From Eledone cirrhosa (taxonomy: Eukaryota), in the NCBI GenBank assembly GCA_964016885.1, contig OZ024751.1, forward strand, positions 46,128,001-46,192,000: a stretch of DNA of 64,000 bases, in the 5' to 3' direction. Under the pieces are notes generated by a model. It did no database searches, had not been told where the DNA came from, and saw only the letters and a program-made list of their open reading frames with translations. This document shows, piece after piece, positions 14,429 to 54,281 of the stretch; the stretch's first letter is position 1; every line of letters starts with the position of its first letter. The translations under genes were made by a program, and so were the position numbers.

Positions 14429-14959
14429 TATAAACCTTTCGCTGTGGGTGGGATTGATCCTGGACACAGATTGTTGTGGTAAAATAATCCCTTAACTACA
14501 CACCCTTCTATACTCACATATTCAGTGAAGAAAGCCAAAAGTCACCCAGAGTTGTCTCCCATCTACCTTTGACAGCTCCTGTTTTTGTGTTGTTGGATTT
14601 CCACTTATACTCATCATGAGACAAGGGTTTTGTTATTGTGTATCTGTTTTTTTTTTAATTGTTTTTGTTACTGTTGTTGTGGTATTGTTTGTTGTTTTTG
14701 ATTTGCTTTTATTTTGAAATTGTTTGTGTTGGTTTTTTTTGTGTTATTTGTGTGCGTGCCACAACCACAACCACAACCACCACCATCACCACCACTACTT
14801 AAACTACCACCATCGCCACCATCACTACCACCACCACCACCAACACCACCAACACCACTACCACCACCACCACGGTAGTATGTTAACAATAAGTGATTTT
14901 GATTTTTAAACATCCAACTATGAATTCTTTGATCTCTTCCTCCCTCTCTGTCTCCCCCT

Positions 14960-14991
<32 letters not shown>

Positions 14992-15561
14992 ATTCACAAT
15001 AGATAGCCGCCATTGGTTCAATATTTACTAACATGCTCAGTTTCCGTCAAAGCTTCATAGAATTCACCGGAAATGGGACTGAAAAAATGCGCCATATTTG
15101 TTGCTTGCTTCTACGATATTTTCATGAAAAATATATTATTTTTCTTTTTAAATACAATATATAGTGTTATTTATTATAATTTTTTTCTAGAATTTCTCTT
15201 TGAAAATACTATAAAATGCCCCCCTCCCACAGCTTTCTCTCTCTCTTTCTCCATTTTGATGTATGGCAAAGTATTTGCTTTACACTTAGTCTTCAAAAGA
15301 TTTTGGCTGCTGTTGTTCTTTGTATTGTCAAAGTTGTTGTTATTGTTGTTGATGTTGATGTAGCTATTTCTCTTGTAGAGGAAGACATGTTTGTTGCTGT
15401 TGTTGTTGCTGTTGTTGTTGGTGTTGCTGTTACTGTTGTTGTTGCTGTTGTGCTTCGCTTAAGTTTTGTATTTCATTGTTTTTGAATTTGTTATTGTTTA
15501 TATATATATATATGTGTGTGTGTATTTATATATATTTACATATATTTGTATGTAAGTGTGC

Positions 15562-15608
<47 letters not shown>

Positions 15609-15875
15609 TGTTTGTTGCAGTTGTTGCATTTGACGATGGAAATATCTAGACATTGTTATGTAGTTAAACAGACAAACAGACATTCGAGCAGACAAATGGA
15701 GTGACAGATAGATAGATAGAAAGTTAAATACAGCTTTACACACTCATAGAAGCACACACATACGTATACGCACGCATACAAACGCATGCACACGCATGCA
15801 CACACATAAATATTCATACATATGTATGTATATATATGCATATATATATATATATATATGCATATATATATATAT

Positions 15876-15912
<37 letters not shown>

Positions 15913-16017
15913 TATATATATATATATATACAGTATATATGTGTGTCTGTGTGTGTGTGTATGTATGTGTACAAACACGCTTACAAATATGTATATGCAC
16001 ACTTGCAGGCACATATG

Positions 16018-16069
<52 letters not shown>

Positions 16070-16075
16070 TATATA

Positions 16076-16143
<68 letters not shown>

Positions 16144-16165
16144 TATATATATATATATATATATA

Positions 16166-16238
<73 letters not shown>

Positions 16239-16975
16239 TAATTCTACAATCAAGCCATCTAACAAACCACCACCACCACCACCATCTCTCTTCTGTGGTA
16301 TCATTGCCGCCGCCACCAGCTCCTTTATTTTGCCTCCAGGTGGTTACCAGAGGTGCAAGAAATAGACCATAATGTTTCTCAAGTACTGAGGGGTGGGGGC
16401 TGCTATCGCCATACAAGCATTCGGAAATATAATCCCAGACTGCACGGACTAGGAAACACCAGGTCTCCATCTTACAACGCCTCATCTGAACAGCTAGTTT
16501 AAACAGCAACCACCACTACCACCACCACCATCATCGTCATCATCACCACCAACACCAACACCACCACCACCATCACCACCACCTCCAACAACAACAACAA
16601 CAACACCACCACCACCACCATTGTCATCACCACCAACAACACCGCCACCACCATCACCTCCAACAACAGCAACACCACCACCACCAACAACATCACCACC
16701 ACCATCAACGATAACAAGCACCACCACCTTCAACAACAATAACACCAGCACCAACCATCACCACCACCTCCAACAACAACAACAACAACAACACCACCAC
16801 CACCACCTCCAACAACAACAACACCACCACCACCACCAAAGACACCATCAACGATAACAGCACCAACAACAACACCAACACCACCAACAGCGACAACACC
16901 ACCAACAACCATCACCGCCATCACCACTATCACCACCGACACCATTACCATCAACAACAACAGCACCACTACCAC

Positions 16976-17041
<66 letters not shown>

Positions 17042-17107
17042 CATTACATATATATATTACATATATATATATACACTGACCAAAAGACAAAACATCACTG
17101 AAAGGAC

Positions 17108-40593
<23,486 letters not shown>

Positions 40594-40611
40594 GTAAGAT
40601 AGAATTATTTT

Positions 40612-41284
40612 TTCGACATTTTTTAATGAGGGGTCATATATTCTAAACCATTCATGCGATTTCTTTGAATTTTTTTACAGAGCTTCTCCATGCACAAAAC
40701 CTGTACATGATCTACAAGGGCTTTCAAAAATCGATATTGGGGCCTTTGGAGACATTAAAAAAGTTTCGGTTATTTGTGTCAATTTTCGTGATTAAGTAAG
40801 ACAAGAGTTATCTTTCTTAATTCGGATTTTAATTTACTCTTTCTACTTGAAACAAAGAGAAATAACAATATCATTTCGTATATTTCACAACCAGCAATTT
40901 CTAATAGATTACTAAGTTCAGTTATAGATTTGACATTGTATAATTTATCGTTTCAAGCTTGATGTTCATATTAACTGATCTCATAACTTTTACAATATTA
41001 TGCTTAAATTTATCTAAAGGATGTTTTATACATCAAAGACTTACAATTATTCTATTTTTTCACATTGATTAGACTACGTTTCTGACACAATTTAATTATT
41101 AACTTACATACCCTGTACATTTCCAACGTTCTACCGCTACATGTACTTCAAATACATTTTACAATCAATCTTTATTTTTACATTTGATTGTGTTATATCG
41201 TGTTTCTTCTATGTATTAAAATTTACTTTAATGAGCTACACCGAAAGCTACTTGAACCGTCCAAAGGACGGGTAGTTTAGCTAG
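40612..41284 (+). mobile_element. Non-autonomous Helitron-like element, copy 2 (inverted relative to copy 1)
   Basis: Reverse complement of large parts of 29641-30350; 3' hairpin CCGTCC-AAA-GGACGG (41257-41271), CTAG at 41281-41284 followed by T. Confidence 0.75.
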
Positions 41285-41460
41285 TGCATATATATATATA
41301 TATATATGGGATAACAAGTTATCGTTTTAGGTAATCCAGATAGAGGTTGTCAGTACTCTGTTCTATGGATAGTTTTAACGTACGGCGTTTTTGACTCAAC
41401 AAGAGGTTTCCTCGGTTAGGTAGCGAGTTTGCGAGAATTCACATGTCATTCATGGAGTAA

Positions 41461-41745
41461 TAGTAGTGAAAGAGTGAAGAATAACATGATCGGCTGTACA
41501 AAAAGCGTTTTATTTACAGTATTAACAATTGTTTCATTGATCGGGTGAGTCTAAAGACCGCTAATCACTCGGAATTGCGTCACTCGCCGATGATTTGATC
41601 AGAAACACACACTGTAAATAAGGTCGAGTGACGCAATTTCGAGTGATTAGCGGTCTTTAGACTCACCTGATCAATGAAACAATTGTTAATACTGTAAATA
41701 AAACCCTTTTTGTACAGCCGACCATGTTATTCTTCACTCTTTCAC

Positions 41746-41750
<5 letters not shown>
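41461..41750. mobile_element. Palindrome (~126-bp arms, 38-nt spacer) with GAAAC-AATT-GTT HHR half-motifs
   Basis: Arms 41461-41586 and 41625-41750; AATAAA; (TA)n flank. Confidence 0.85.
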
Positions 41751-41781
<31 letters not shown>

Positions 41782-41937
41782 GAAAGTAAAAAACAACAAA
41801 GGAGTACAAGTTATGAAGGAGGTTTCTTCTAAAGATTTCACTCTTTCAGTTCAAATAATTATTGTTTGGAGACAGCAAACCTTGTACTATTGGGCCTTGA
41901 AACTTTAGGTAGTGCTTTTGTATGAACATAAATAAAT

Positions 41938-42122
41938 AATTGTTTCTACTTTTGGCACAAAGCCAGCAATTGTCCCAGTGTATTACTGGTGCTTTATTTT
42001 GTCGACCCCGTAAGAATGAAAGGCAAAGTTAACCTTTTCGGGATTTGAACTCAAACCATTAAAGGGCCATAACTCTTTGCTATAAAGCATGGTGTCCGAC
42101 CCTCTACCGATACTGCCAATCA
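41938..42122 (-). mobile_element. Nin-domain SINE
   Basis: Same consensus as other copies. Confidence 0.85.
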
Positions 42123-42584
42123 CTAAATAATATATTTCAGCTCTCTTCCTGATTGAGCACTGTTTTCCTTTTTCCTTTTTCACACCTATGGATATTGCTA
42201 CACACACACACACACATAGGACGCACGCACACACTCTCACACATACACACACGACGCACGCACACACACACACACACGACGCACGCACACACACACACAC
42301 ACATACTACGCATGCACACGCACACATACGACGCACGCACACACACACACATACACATACGACGCACACATACACACACATAGGACGCATACACACTCAC
42401 ACACACATACGACGCACGCACACACACTCACACACACACACTCACACACACACACATACAGACGCACTTACACACACACATAGGACGCATACACACTCAC
42501 ACACACATACGACGCACGCACACACACTCACACACACACACTCACACAGACACACATAACGACGCACTTACACACACACATAGG

Positions 42585-42621
<37 letters not shown>

Positions 42622-43150
42622 ATGCACACACATACGACGCACGCACACACTCATACTTATACGACGCACGCATACACACACACACACATACGAGGCACAC
42701 ACATACAGATACACACAGAATAAATTAACACTGGCAAGAACACCAAGATTGGAAGTACTCATTAGGGCTTACCCATTGAGGTTACGTTATAACACCGCAA
42801 GTGTTAACCGGTTTTAAGCTGTCCAAAAGCACTCAACATCAGTAGTGTATCCACAGCGAACTGTGGGTGATTAAGTGTGACGGACTTTCCATTTACGAAA
42901 TATTGTTGAGACAGAATTACGTTTACATAATTGTTTTATTGCATAATATATATTTCAATGACATGATTATACAATGGTTATATCATTGACAGTCTCCATG
43001 TGACATCATCAGATGTTCTTTATGAGGTGGAGTTATGCTGGTATGCAGATATACCACTGGTGGGGTATTACACGAAGATGGTAATAACTTATATATATAA
43101 TATATATATGTATATATATATATATGTATATATGTATATATATATATATT

Positions 43151-43184
<34 letters not shown>

Positions 43185-43187
43185 ATG

Positions 43188-43246
<59 letters not shown>

Positions 43247-43312
43247 GTATATATATATATGTATATATTATATGTATATATATATGTATATATATATATG
43301 TATATATATATG

Positions 43313-43369
<57 letters not shown>

Positions 43370-43399
43370 GTATATATAATATATATGTATATATATATG

Positions 43400-43470
<71 letters not shown>

Positions 43471-43479
43471 GTATATATG

Positions 43480-43527
<48 letters not shown>

Positions 43528-43674
43528 CATATATATATATACATATATATATACATATATATATACATATATATATACATATATATATATACATATATAT
43601 ATATACATATATATATATATGTAAAATATATATATGTATTATATATATGTATATATATATAATGTATATATATA

Positions 43675-43707
<33 letters not shown>

Positions 43708-43742
43708 ATATGTATATATATATATATATGTATATATATATG

Positions 43743-43795
<53 letters not shown>

Positions 43796-44065
43796 GTATA
43801 TATATGTATATATATATATATATATATGTATATAATATATATAAATATATATTATATGTATATATATATGTATATATATGTATATATATATATGTGTATA
43901 TATATATGTATAATATATATGTATATATATGTATATATGTAATATATGTATATATATGTATATATGTATATATATGTATATATATATATATGTATATAAT
44001 TATGGTATATATATATGTATATATATGTATATATGTATATATATGTTATATATATATATATCTTG

Positions 44066-44121
<56 letters not shown>

Positions 44122-44155
44122 TGTATGTTATATAGTATATGTATGTATATATATG

Positions 44156-44188
<33 letters not shown>

Positions 44189-44204
44189 GTATATGTATAT
44201 GTAT

Positions 44205-44238
<34 letters not shown>

Positions 44239-44357
44239 ATGTATATGTATATATATTATATATATATATATGTATATGTATAATATTATGTATATGTATA
44301 TATATATATATATGTGTATATATATGTATATGTATATATATATATGTATATGTATAT

Positions 44358-44424
<67 letters not shown>

Positions 44425-44476
44425 CGTATGTATATGTATATATATATGTATATATATATGTATATATATGTATATA

Positions 44477-44759
<283 letters not shown>

Positions 44760-44762
44760 GTA

Positions 44763-44817
<55 letters not shown>

Positions 44818-44947
44818 TGTATATAATATATAGATATATGTATATATATATATGTATATATATATTATATATATATGTTATATATATGTATATATATATA
44901 TATATATTATATATATATATGTATATTATGTATATATATATGTATAA

Positions 44948-45021
<74 letters not shown>

Positions 45022-45030
45022 TATAAATAT

Positions 45031-45075
<45 letters not shown>

Positions 45076-45170
45076 GTATATATATATATATGTATATATA
45101 TTTATATATAGATATATATATATTATATATGTATATATATATATATATATAATATATATATATATATATA

Positions 45171-45227
<57 letters not shown>

Positions 45228-45239
45228 TGTATATATATG

Positions 45240-45295
<56 letters not shown>

Positions 45296-45395
45296 TATTG
45301 TATATATATGTATATATATATATGTATATATATATATATGTATATATGTATATATATATATATTATATATATTATATATATATTATATGTATATA

Positions 45396-45452
<57 letters not shown>

Positions 45453-45481
45453 TGTATATATATTATATATATAATATATAT

Positions 45482-45517
<36 letters not shown>

Positions 45518-45579
45518 TATGGTATATATATATATATATATATTTATGTAATATATATATATATATATGTATATATATG

Positions 45580-45634
<55 letters not shown>

Positions 45635-45826
45635 GTATATATATGTATATATATGTATATGTATATATATATATATTGTATATATATATATGTATATATA
45701 TATATATGTATATATATATATGTATATATATAGTATATGTAATATATATATATGTATATATATATATATGTATATATATATTTATATGTATATGTATATA
45801 TATATATATGTATTTATATGTATATG

Positions 45827-45857
<31 letters not shown>

Positions 45858-45962
45858 GTATATATATATATGTATATATATATATATGTATATATATATA
45901 TGTATATATATATATATGTATATATATATATGTATATATATATATATGTATATATATATATG

Positions 45963-46030
<68 letters not shown>

Positions 46031-46104
46031 CGTATGTATATATATGTATTATATATATGTATATATATATATATATATTATATATATGTATATATATATA
46101 TGTT

Positions 46105-46203
<99 letters not shown>

Positions 46204-46215
46204 TATATATATATG

Positions 46216-46264
<49 letters not shown>

Positions 46265-46280
46265 GTATATATATATATTG

Positions 46281-46509
<229 letters not shown>

Positions 46510-46549
46510 GTATAATATATATATGTATATATATATATATGTATATATG

Positions 46550-46580
<31 letters not shown>

Positions 46581-46597
46581 TATATATATTATATATG

Positions 46598-46658
<61 letters not shown>

Positions 46659-46831
46659 GTATATATATATATGTATATATATATATGTAATATATATATA
46701 TGTATATATATATATGTATATATAATATGTATATATATATATGTATATATATATATATGTATATATATAATGTATATATATATGTGTATATATATATGTA
46801 TATATATATATGTATATATATAATATATATG

Positions 46832-46862
<31 letters not shown>

Positions 46863-46956
46863 GTATATATATATATGTATATATATATATGTAAATATAT
46901 ATATATATTTATATATATATATATGTAAATATATTATATGTATTTATATATATATG

Positions 46957-47019
<63 letters not shown>

Positions 47020-47020
47020 G

Positions 47021-47146
<126 letters not shown>

Positions 47147-47224
47147 ATATATATGTATGTATATATATATATATGTATGTATATATATATGTAATGTATA
47201 TATATATATATGTATATGTATATA

Positions 47225-47390
47225 TACAATATTAAATAAATGGAAAAACTATATTTATAAAACCATATTTATTTCATTATATATATTTCGGGGATATCAT
47301 ATTAACATATAGCTATGCTTCATCAGACAAAATACATATAAACAGTTTATAGATAAATAACCCAACAATTTTAAATATAACTTTACATAT
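47225..47390 (-). mobile_element. Family-F Penelope-like tail with HHR-like motif (47270-47334) inside the TA tract
   Basis: Similar to 31116-31250; minus strand tattttgt CTGATGA..GAAA tatatata atgaaata. Confidence 0.75.
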
Positions 47391-47393
47391 ATG

Positions 47394-47473
<80 letters not shown>

Positions 47474-47564
47474 ATATGTTATATATATATATGTATATTA
47501 TATATATGTATATATATATGTATATATATATATGTATATATATATATATGTATATATATATATG

Positions 47565-47595
<31 letters not shown>

Positions 47596-47794
47596 GTATA
47601 GTATATATATATGTATATATATATATGTATATAATATATAGATGTTTATATATATATATGTATATATAATGTATATATATATGTATATATATATATATGT
47701 ATATATATAAGTATATATATATATATGATATATATATATATGTATATATATATATATGTATTATATATATATATATATGTATAATATATATATG

Positions 47795-47825
<31 letters not shown>

Positions 47826-47834
47826 GTATATATG

Positions 47835-47865
<31 letters not shown>

Positions 47866-47979
47866 GTATATATATATAAATGTATATATATATATAATAT
47901 ATATGGTATATATATATATATGTTTATATATATATATGTATATAATATATATATGTATATATATATATATGTATAGTAT

Positions 47980-48027
<48 letters not shown>

Positions 48028-48092
48028 GTATATATATATGTATATATATATATATGTATATATATATGTATATATATATGTATATATATATG

Positions 48093-48123
<31 letters not shown>

Positions 48124-48166
48124 GTATATATATATGTATAATTATATATATATGTATATATATATG

Positions 48167-48226
<60 letters not shown>

Positions 48227-48359
48227 GTATATATATATGTATATTATATATATATATGTATATATATGTATATATATATATATGTATATATATAATATGT
48301 ATATATATATGTATATATGTATATATATGTATATATATATGTTATATATATATTATATG

Positions 48360-48390
<31 letters not shown>

Positions 48391-48638
48391 GTATATATAT
48401 ATATGTATATATGTATATATATGTATATATATTATATGTATATATGTATATATATATATGTATATATATGTATATATATATATGTATATATATGTATATA
48501 TGTATATATATGTATATATAAGTATATATATATATATATGTATATATAATATATATATATTATGTATATATATATGTATATATATGTTATATATATATAT
48601 ATATGTATATATATGTATATATATATATAATATATATG

Positions 48639-48687
<49 letters not shown>

Positions 48688-48728
48688 TATATATATATGT
48701 ATATATATAATATATATGTATATATATG

Positions 48729-48760
<32 letters not shown>

Positions 48761-48841
48761 AATATATATGTATATATATAATATATATGTATATATATGT
48801 ATATTATATATATATATATATATGTATATATAATATATATG

Positions 48842-48955
<114 letters not shown>

Positions 48956-49020
48956 TGAATATATGTATATATATATATATTATATATGAATATATATATA
49001 TATATATGTATATATATATG

Positions 49021-49071
<51 letters not shown>

Positions 49072-49191
49072 GTATATATATATGTATATATATATATATG
49101 TATATATATATAGGATATATATAGTGTATATATATATATATGTATATATATATATGTATATAAATATATATAATATATATGAATATATATG

Positions 49192-49245
<54 letters not shown>

Positions 49246-49297
49246 GTATATATATACATATGTATATATATTATATATGTATATATATATATATATA

Positions 49298-49345
<48 letters not shown>

Positions 49346-49362
49346 GATAATATATATATATG

Positions 49363-49412
<50 letters not shown>

Positions 49413-49726
49413 TGTATATAATATGTATAAATATATGTATAGTATATATGTATATATATATATGTATATATATATATATGTATATATGTATATATATATG
49501 TATATATATAGTTTATTTATATGTATATATATATGTATATTATATGTATATATATATAGATTAAGTATATATATATGTATATATATATATGTATATATAT
49601 ATATATGTATATATATATATGTATATATATATATGTATATATATATATATGTATATATATATGTATAATATATGTTATATATATATATGTATGTATGGTA
49701 TATATATATATATTGTATATATATAT

Positions 49727-49926
49727 NNNNNNNNNNNNNNNNNNNNNNNNNNNNNNNNNNNNNNNNNNNNNNNNNNNNNNNNNNNNNNNNNNNNNNNNNN
49801 NNNNNNNNNNNNNNNNNNNNNNNNNNNNNNNNNNNNNNNNNNNNNNNNNNNNNNNNNNNNNNNNNNNNNNNNNNNNNNNNNNNNNNNNNNNNNNNNNNNN
49901 NNNNNNNNNNNNNNNNNNNNNNNNNN
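49727..49926. other. Assembly gap (200 N)
   Basis: Run of n. Confidence 1.
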
Positions 49927-49975
49927 ATTATATATATATATATTATATATATATTATATATATATATATTATATA

Positions 49976-50020
<45 letters not shown>

Positions 50021-50070
50021 ATTATATATATATATTATATATATGTTATATATATATATATATATATATG

Positions 50071-50105
<35 letters not shown>

Positions 50106-50785
50106 ATATATATATATATATATGTTATATATATATATAATATATATATGTTATATATATATATATTATATATATGTTATATATATATATATATATATGT
50201 TATATATATATATATATTATATATATATATATATTATATATATATATTATATATATGTTATATATATATATATTATATATATGTTATATATATATATATT
50301 ATATATATATATATTATATATATATATATATTATATATATATTATATATATATATTATATATATATTATATATATATTATATATATATATATTATATATA
50401 TATATTATATATATATATATTATATATATATATATATATTATATATATATATTATATATATATATTATATATATATATATTATATATATATATATTATAT
50501 ATATATATATTATATATATATATATTATATATATATATATTATATATATATATATTATATATATATATATATATTATATATATATATTATATATATATAT
50601 ATATATTATATATATTATATATATATATATATATTATATATATATATATATATTATATAAATTATATATATTATATATATTATGTATATATATATTATAT
50701 ATATATATTATATATATATATATATTATATATATTATATATATATATATATATTATATATATATATATATTATATATATATATTA

Positions 50786-50828
<43 letters not shown>

Positions 50829-50960
50829 ATATATTATATATATATATATTATATATATTATATATATATATATATTATATATTATATATATATATTATAT
50901 GTATTATATATATATATATATTATATATATATATTATATATATTATATATATATATATAT

Positions 50961-53900
50961 TGTGGCTCTAAGCCAGCAGAGTCATAGCGACCAGGCTGCT
51001 CCTTGACAGTGTAATTCGGGGCTCTAACCCTAGTGCTGTTAGATCGACTCTCCATATTTCATTTCAATGGCCGACAATACCTTACCGGCGCCACTCGAAT
51101 AAGGTAGTTATTTAACCCATTAATGGAGCCCTAACAGGTACTACCACCCCGGGCCAGGGCAGACCTGGGAGTCAGACAACTAAGGGGTAACTCCACATTC
51201 CCCACATCTCCTGAACTCCCGAACTGGAGCCTTGCCACTGGATGTAGTTTAATGTCATACACAGAGAGGGCCAGTGGATGATGGATCAGCTGTCTCTGAG
51301 ACAAATATAAAGAATGCAGTTTTGTCCTGCAGAAGAGCCATCAAAATGGGCACTTTGAATGTGAGGACTATTCGGACGCTGGAGAAGAGGGAGGAGTTGG
51401 GACATCTGTTCGAGGAGAGTGGTATACAGATACTTGCGATCCAAGAACACAGGATTCTACATGATGAGCCCGTGAGGAGTGTGATGATCGGGAGGAAGAG
51501 CCAGCTCATCACTACATTGGCAGTGAAGAACACAACAAATGCTGCAGTAGGAGGAGTGGGTTTTGTGTTCAGTGCAAAAACCAATCTGTTGGTGAGGGAA
51601 ATAATGCCTGTCTCCCCGCGAGTGTTGAGGGTAACCTTCAATGGAAACCCAAGACTGACAGTCATCTCAGCCTATAGTCCAACCGAGGGGGACAGTGATG
51701 TGAATGCGGAAGAGTTCCATGAGGAGGTGTGTAGAGCTGTCAACACCACTCAGGCACACAATATCCTGCTTGTTTTGGGGGACTTCAATGCACATCTGAG
51801 TAAGGAGGGCAGTGAAGATCCTTGCTGGTACTTCCATAACAACACCAACCGAAATGGAAGACTACTGAGAGACACCCTGCTGGAGGCGAACTTGATGGCG
51901 ACCAACCTAAGGTTTAGGAAGAATCTGGGGAAGATGTGGACCTACATCTCAGATATGCACCTGTCCAAGTCCCAGATTGATTTCATTCTGGTGAGGAAAA
52001 AGTGGCGGAATAGTGTTCTGAACACGGAACCATACAGCTATTTCAGTACACTGGGTAGTGACCACCAGCTTGTTATGAGTGAGGTTCGCGTGAGCTTAAG
52101 AAAGAGCACGGCTCAGCCCCGGAGAACAATCTATGACTGGGGAGCTTTCAAGGAAGATGATGGGCTACAGGAGAGGTTCACAGTGGAAGTGAGAAACAGG
52201 TTTAGTGCTCTGTGTGGAGAGTCAGAGGAGAGAGAGATTGGATGGACTGAGGAGAGTGTGACGAGGAGGTACGGGCACTTCACCAATGCAGTGGTGGAAG
52301 CAAGTGAAACCCTGGTGCCGAGGAAAAAGAACAAAGGGAAGCACGTCAGCTCTGCAAACCCAAAAGTGTGTGCAGCCAGAGAACACCTGAAAGCTGCCAG
52401 GGACCAATTCTATGCTGATCCTACGGAGGAGAGGATGGAGACTGTGGAGGTGATGAGGGAAGAGCTCTGTACCGCTTACACTGAGGTCAGAGAGGAGGCA
52501 CTGATAGAGAAGATCAGAAGTGTGGAGAGAACGGTTGACAGATCTGGATGTAAGGAGAGCTGGATGATCATCAACGAGATCACAGGGAGGAAGAGAAGGT
52601 GTCCGAGTCAGATCCAGGGAACGGGGCCCGAGGATAGGAAGAGGAAATGGCTAGACCATTTTAGGACCCTACTAGGAGAGCCACCCTCCACAGCCCAGAG
52701 CACTGGGGAGATCAGGCGGCTGTTTGAGGAACTGGATGTTGAGACAGAGCCCTTCACCAGAGAGGAGCTTCAGAGAGCCAAGAAGAGGATCAATGAGGGC
52801 AAGGCTCATGGAGAAGATGGAGTGGCATCAGAGGTGATGAAGAGGTGTGATTTTGATGATATTATCCTGGGGTTCTGTAACGGGGCACTGGAGAAAGGAG
52901 TTGCCCCGAATCAGTGGAGGATCAGTAACCAGTGCCAAAGAAGGGAGATCTCTCTAACACCAACAACTACCGGGGGATCTCACTGACGTCACTTGTGGCA
53001 AAGACCCTCAACAGGATCCAGCCTGAGATGGAGAAGAAGCTCAGGGACAACCAGAACGGCTTCAGAGAGGGTAGATCAACCACCAGTCACATCCTGATGC
53101 TGAGGAGGATATTAGAGGGAGCTAGGGCAAAGTGCCTTCCTGCGGTCATGGTTTTCATTGACTTTAGGAAGGCCTTTGATTCTGTGGACCGTTACTGCCT
53201 GATGAAGATCTTACAGGCTTATGGAATCCCCAAGAGGATAGTGGACCTGATATCACTGCTCTACACCAACACCAAAGCCCAAGTCATTACACCTGATGGG
53301 ATGACAGAGTTCTTTGAGATACTGGCTGGAGTGCTCCAGGGAGATACATTGGCTCCCTACCTTTTTATCATCGTAGTGGACTAGTGTATGCGCCTTGCAC
53401 TGGAGAAACACCAGGACTCTGGCTTTACTGTAGCACCGGCTCAGAGTAGGAGAGTTAGGGCGTAAAAGGTATCGGATGCTGAATTTGCCGACGACATAGT
53501 TTTGGTGACAAATACAGTGAAGGAGGCAGAGGATTTGATGCGGGAGGTTGAGACTGTGTCGATGAGTGTGGGGCTGAGAATAAATGAGACTAAAACAAAA
53601 TATCTGGTAGAGAATGTTGAGAAGCCAGAGGGGATCACTAATGTAGGTGGGAGGCCGCTGGAATTGGTTGAGGACTTCCTGTATTTGGGGGCAAAGATTG
53701 GGAATGCGGAAGATGATGTGGTTGAGAGGAAGAGCAAGGCCTGGGCGGCGTGCCACAGCTTGAGGTCGGTGTGGAAGTCGGACCTTCGTAGAGACCTGAA
53801 AGTCCGCCTCTTCATTGCTGTAGTGGAGTCTGTGCTGCTGTATGGATCTGGGACTTGGACACTGACCAAGAAACTCACTCAGATGGTGGATGGGTGCTAC

Positions 53901-54245
53901 ACGAGAATGCTGAGGATGGCTCTGAACATTAATCAGTATACACTGAGGATGAAAAACTCAGAGCTGTATGGGAGCATCCCAAAAGTCAGCTCAAAAGTGA
54001 CACAGAGGAGACTGAGGTTGGCTGGACATGCTCACCAACATCCAGAGTTGACATTGCACTCAGTGCTCCTGTGGGAGCCCCTACATGGACACACTAGAAG
54101 AGGAAGACCAAGGTTAACGTATGTTGATGCCCTAAGGACAGACACTGGTCTGTTGGAGATGCAGGACATGGCAGCGATAATGAGGGACAGAGACCGCTGG
54201 AGAGAATTCGTCCATGGATCTCGGGAATTTTACCCGCATTAGATA
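50961..54245 (+). mobile_element. Near full-length RTE-clade LINE (AP endonuclease + RT), inactivated
   Basis: GTLNVRT, AIQEHR, AYSPT, LGDFNA, IDFIL, SDH (APE); NYRGISL, QNGFR, DFRKAFDSV, GVLQGD, FADD (RT); frameshift ~52930, stops at 53382 and 53463. Confidence 0.93.
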
Positions 54246-54281
54246 GATATATATATTATATATATATTATATATCTATATT

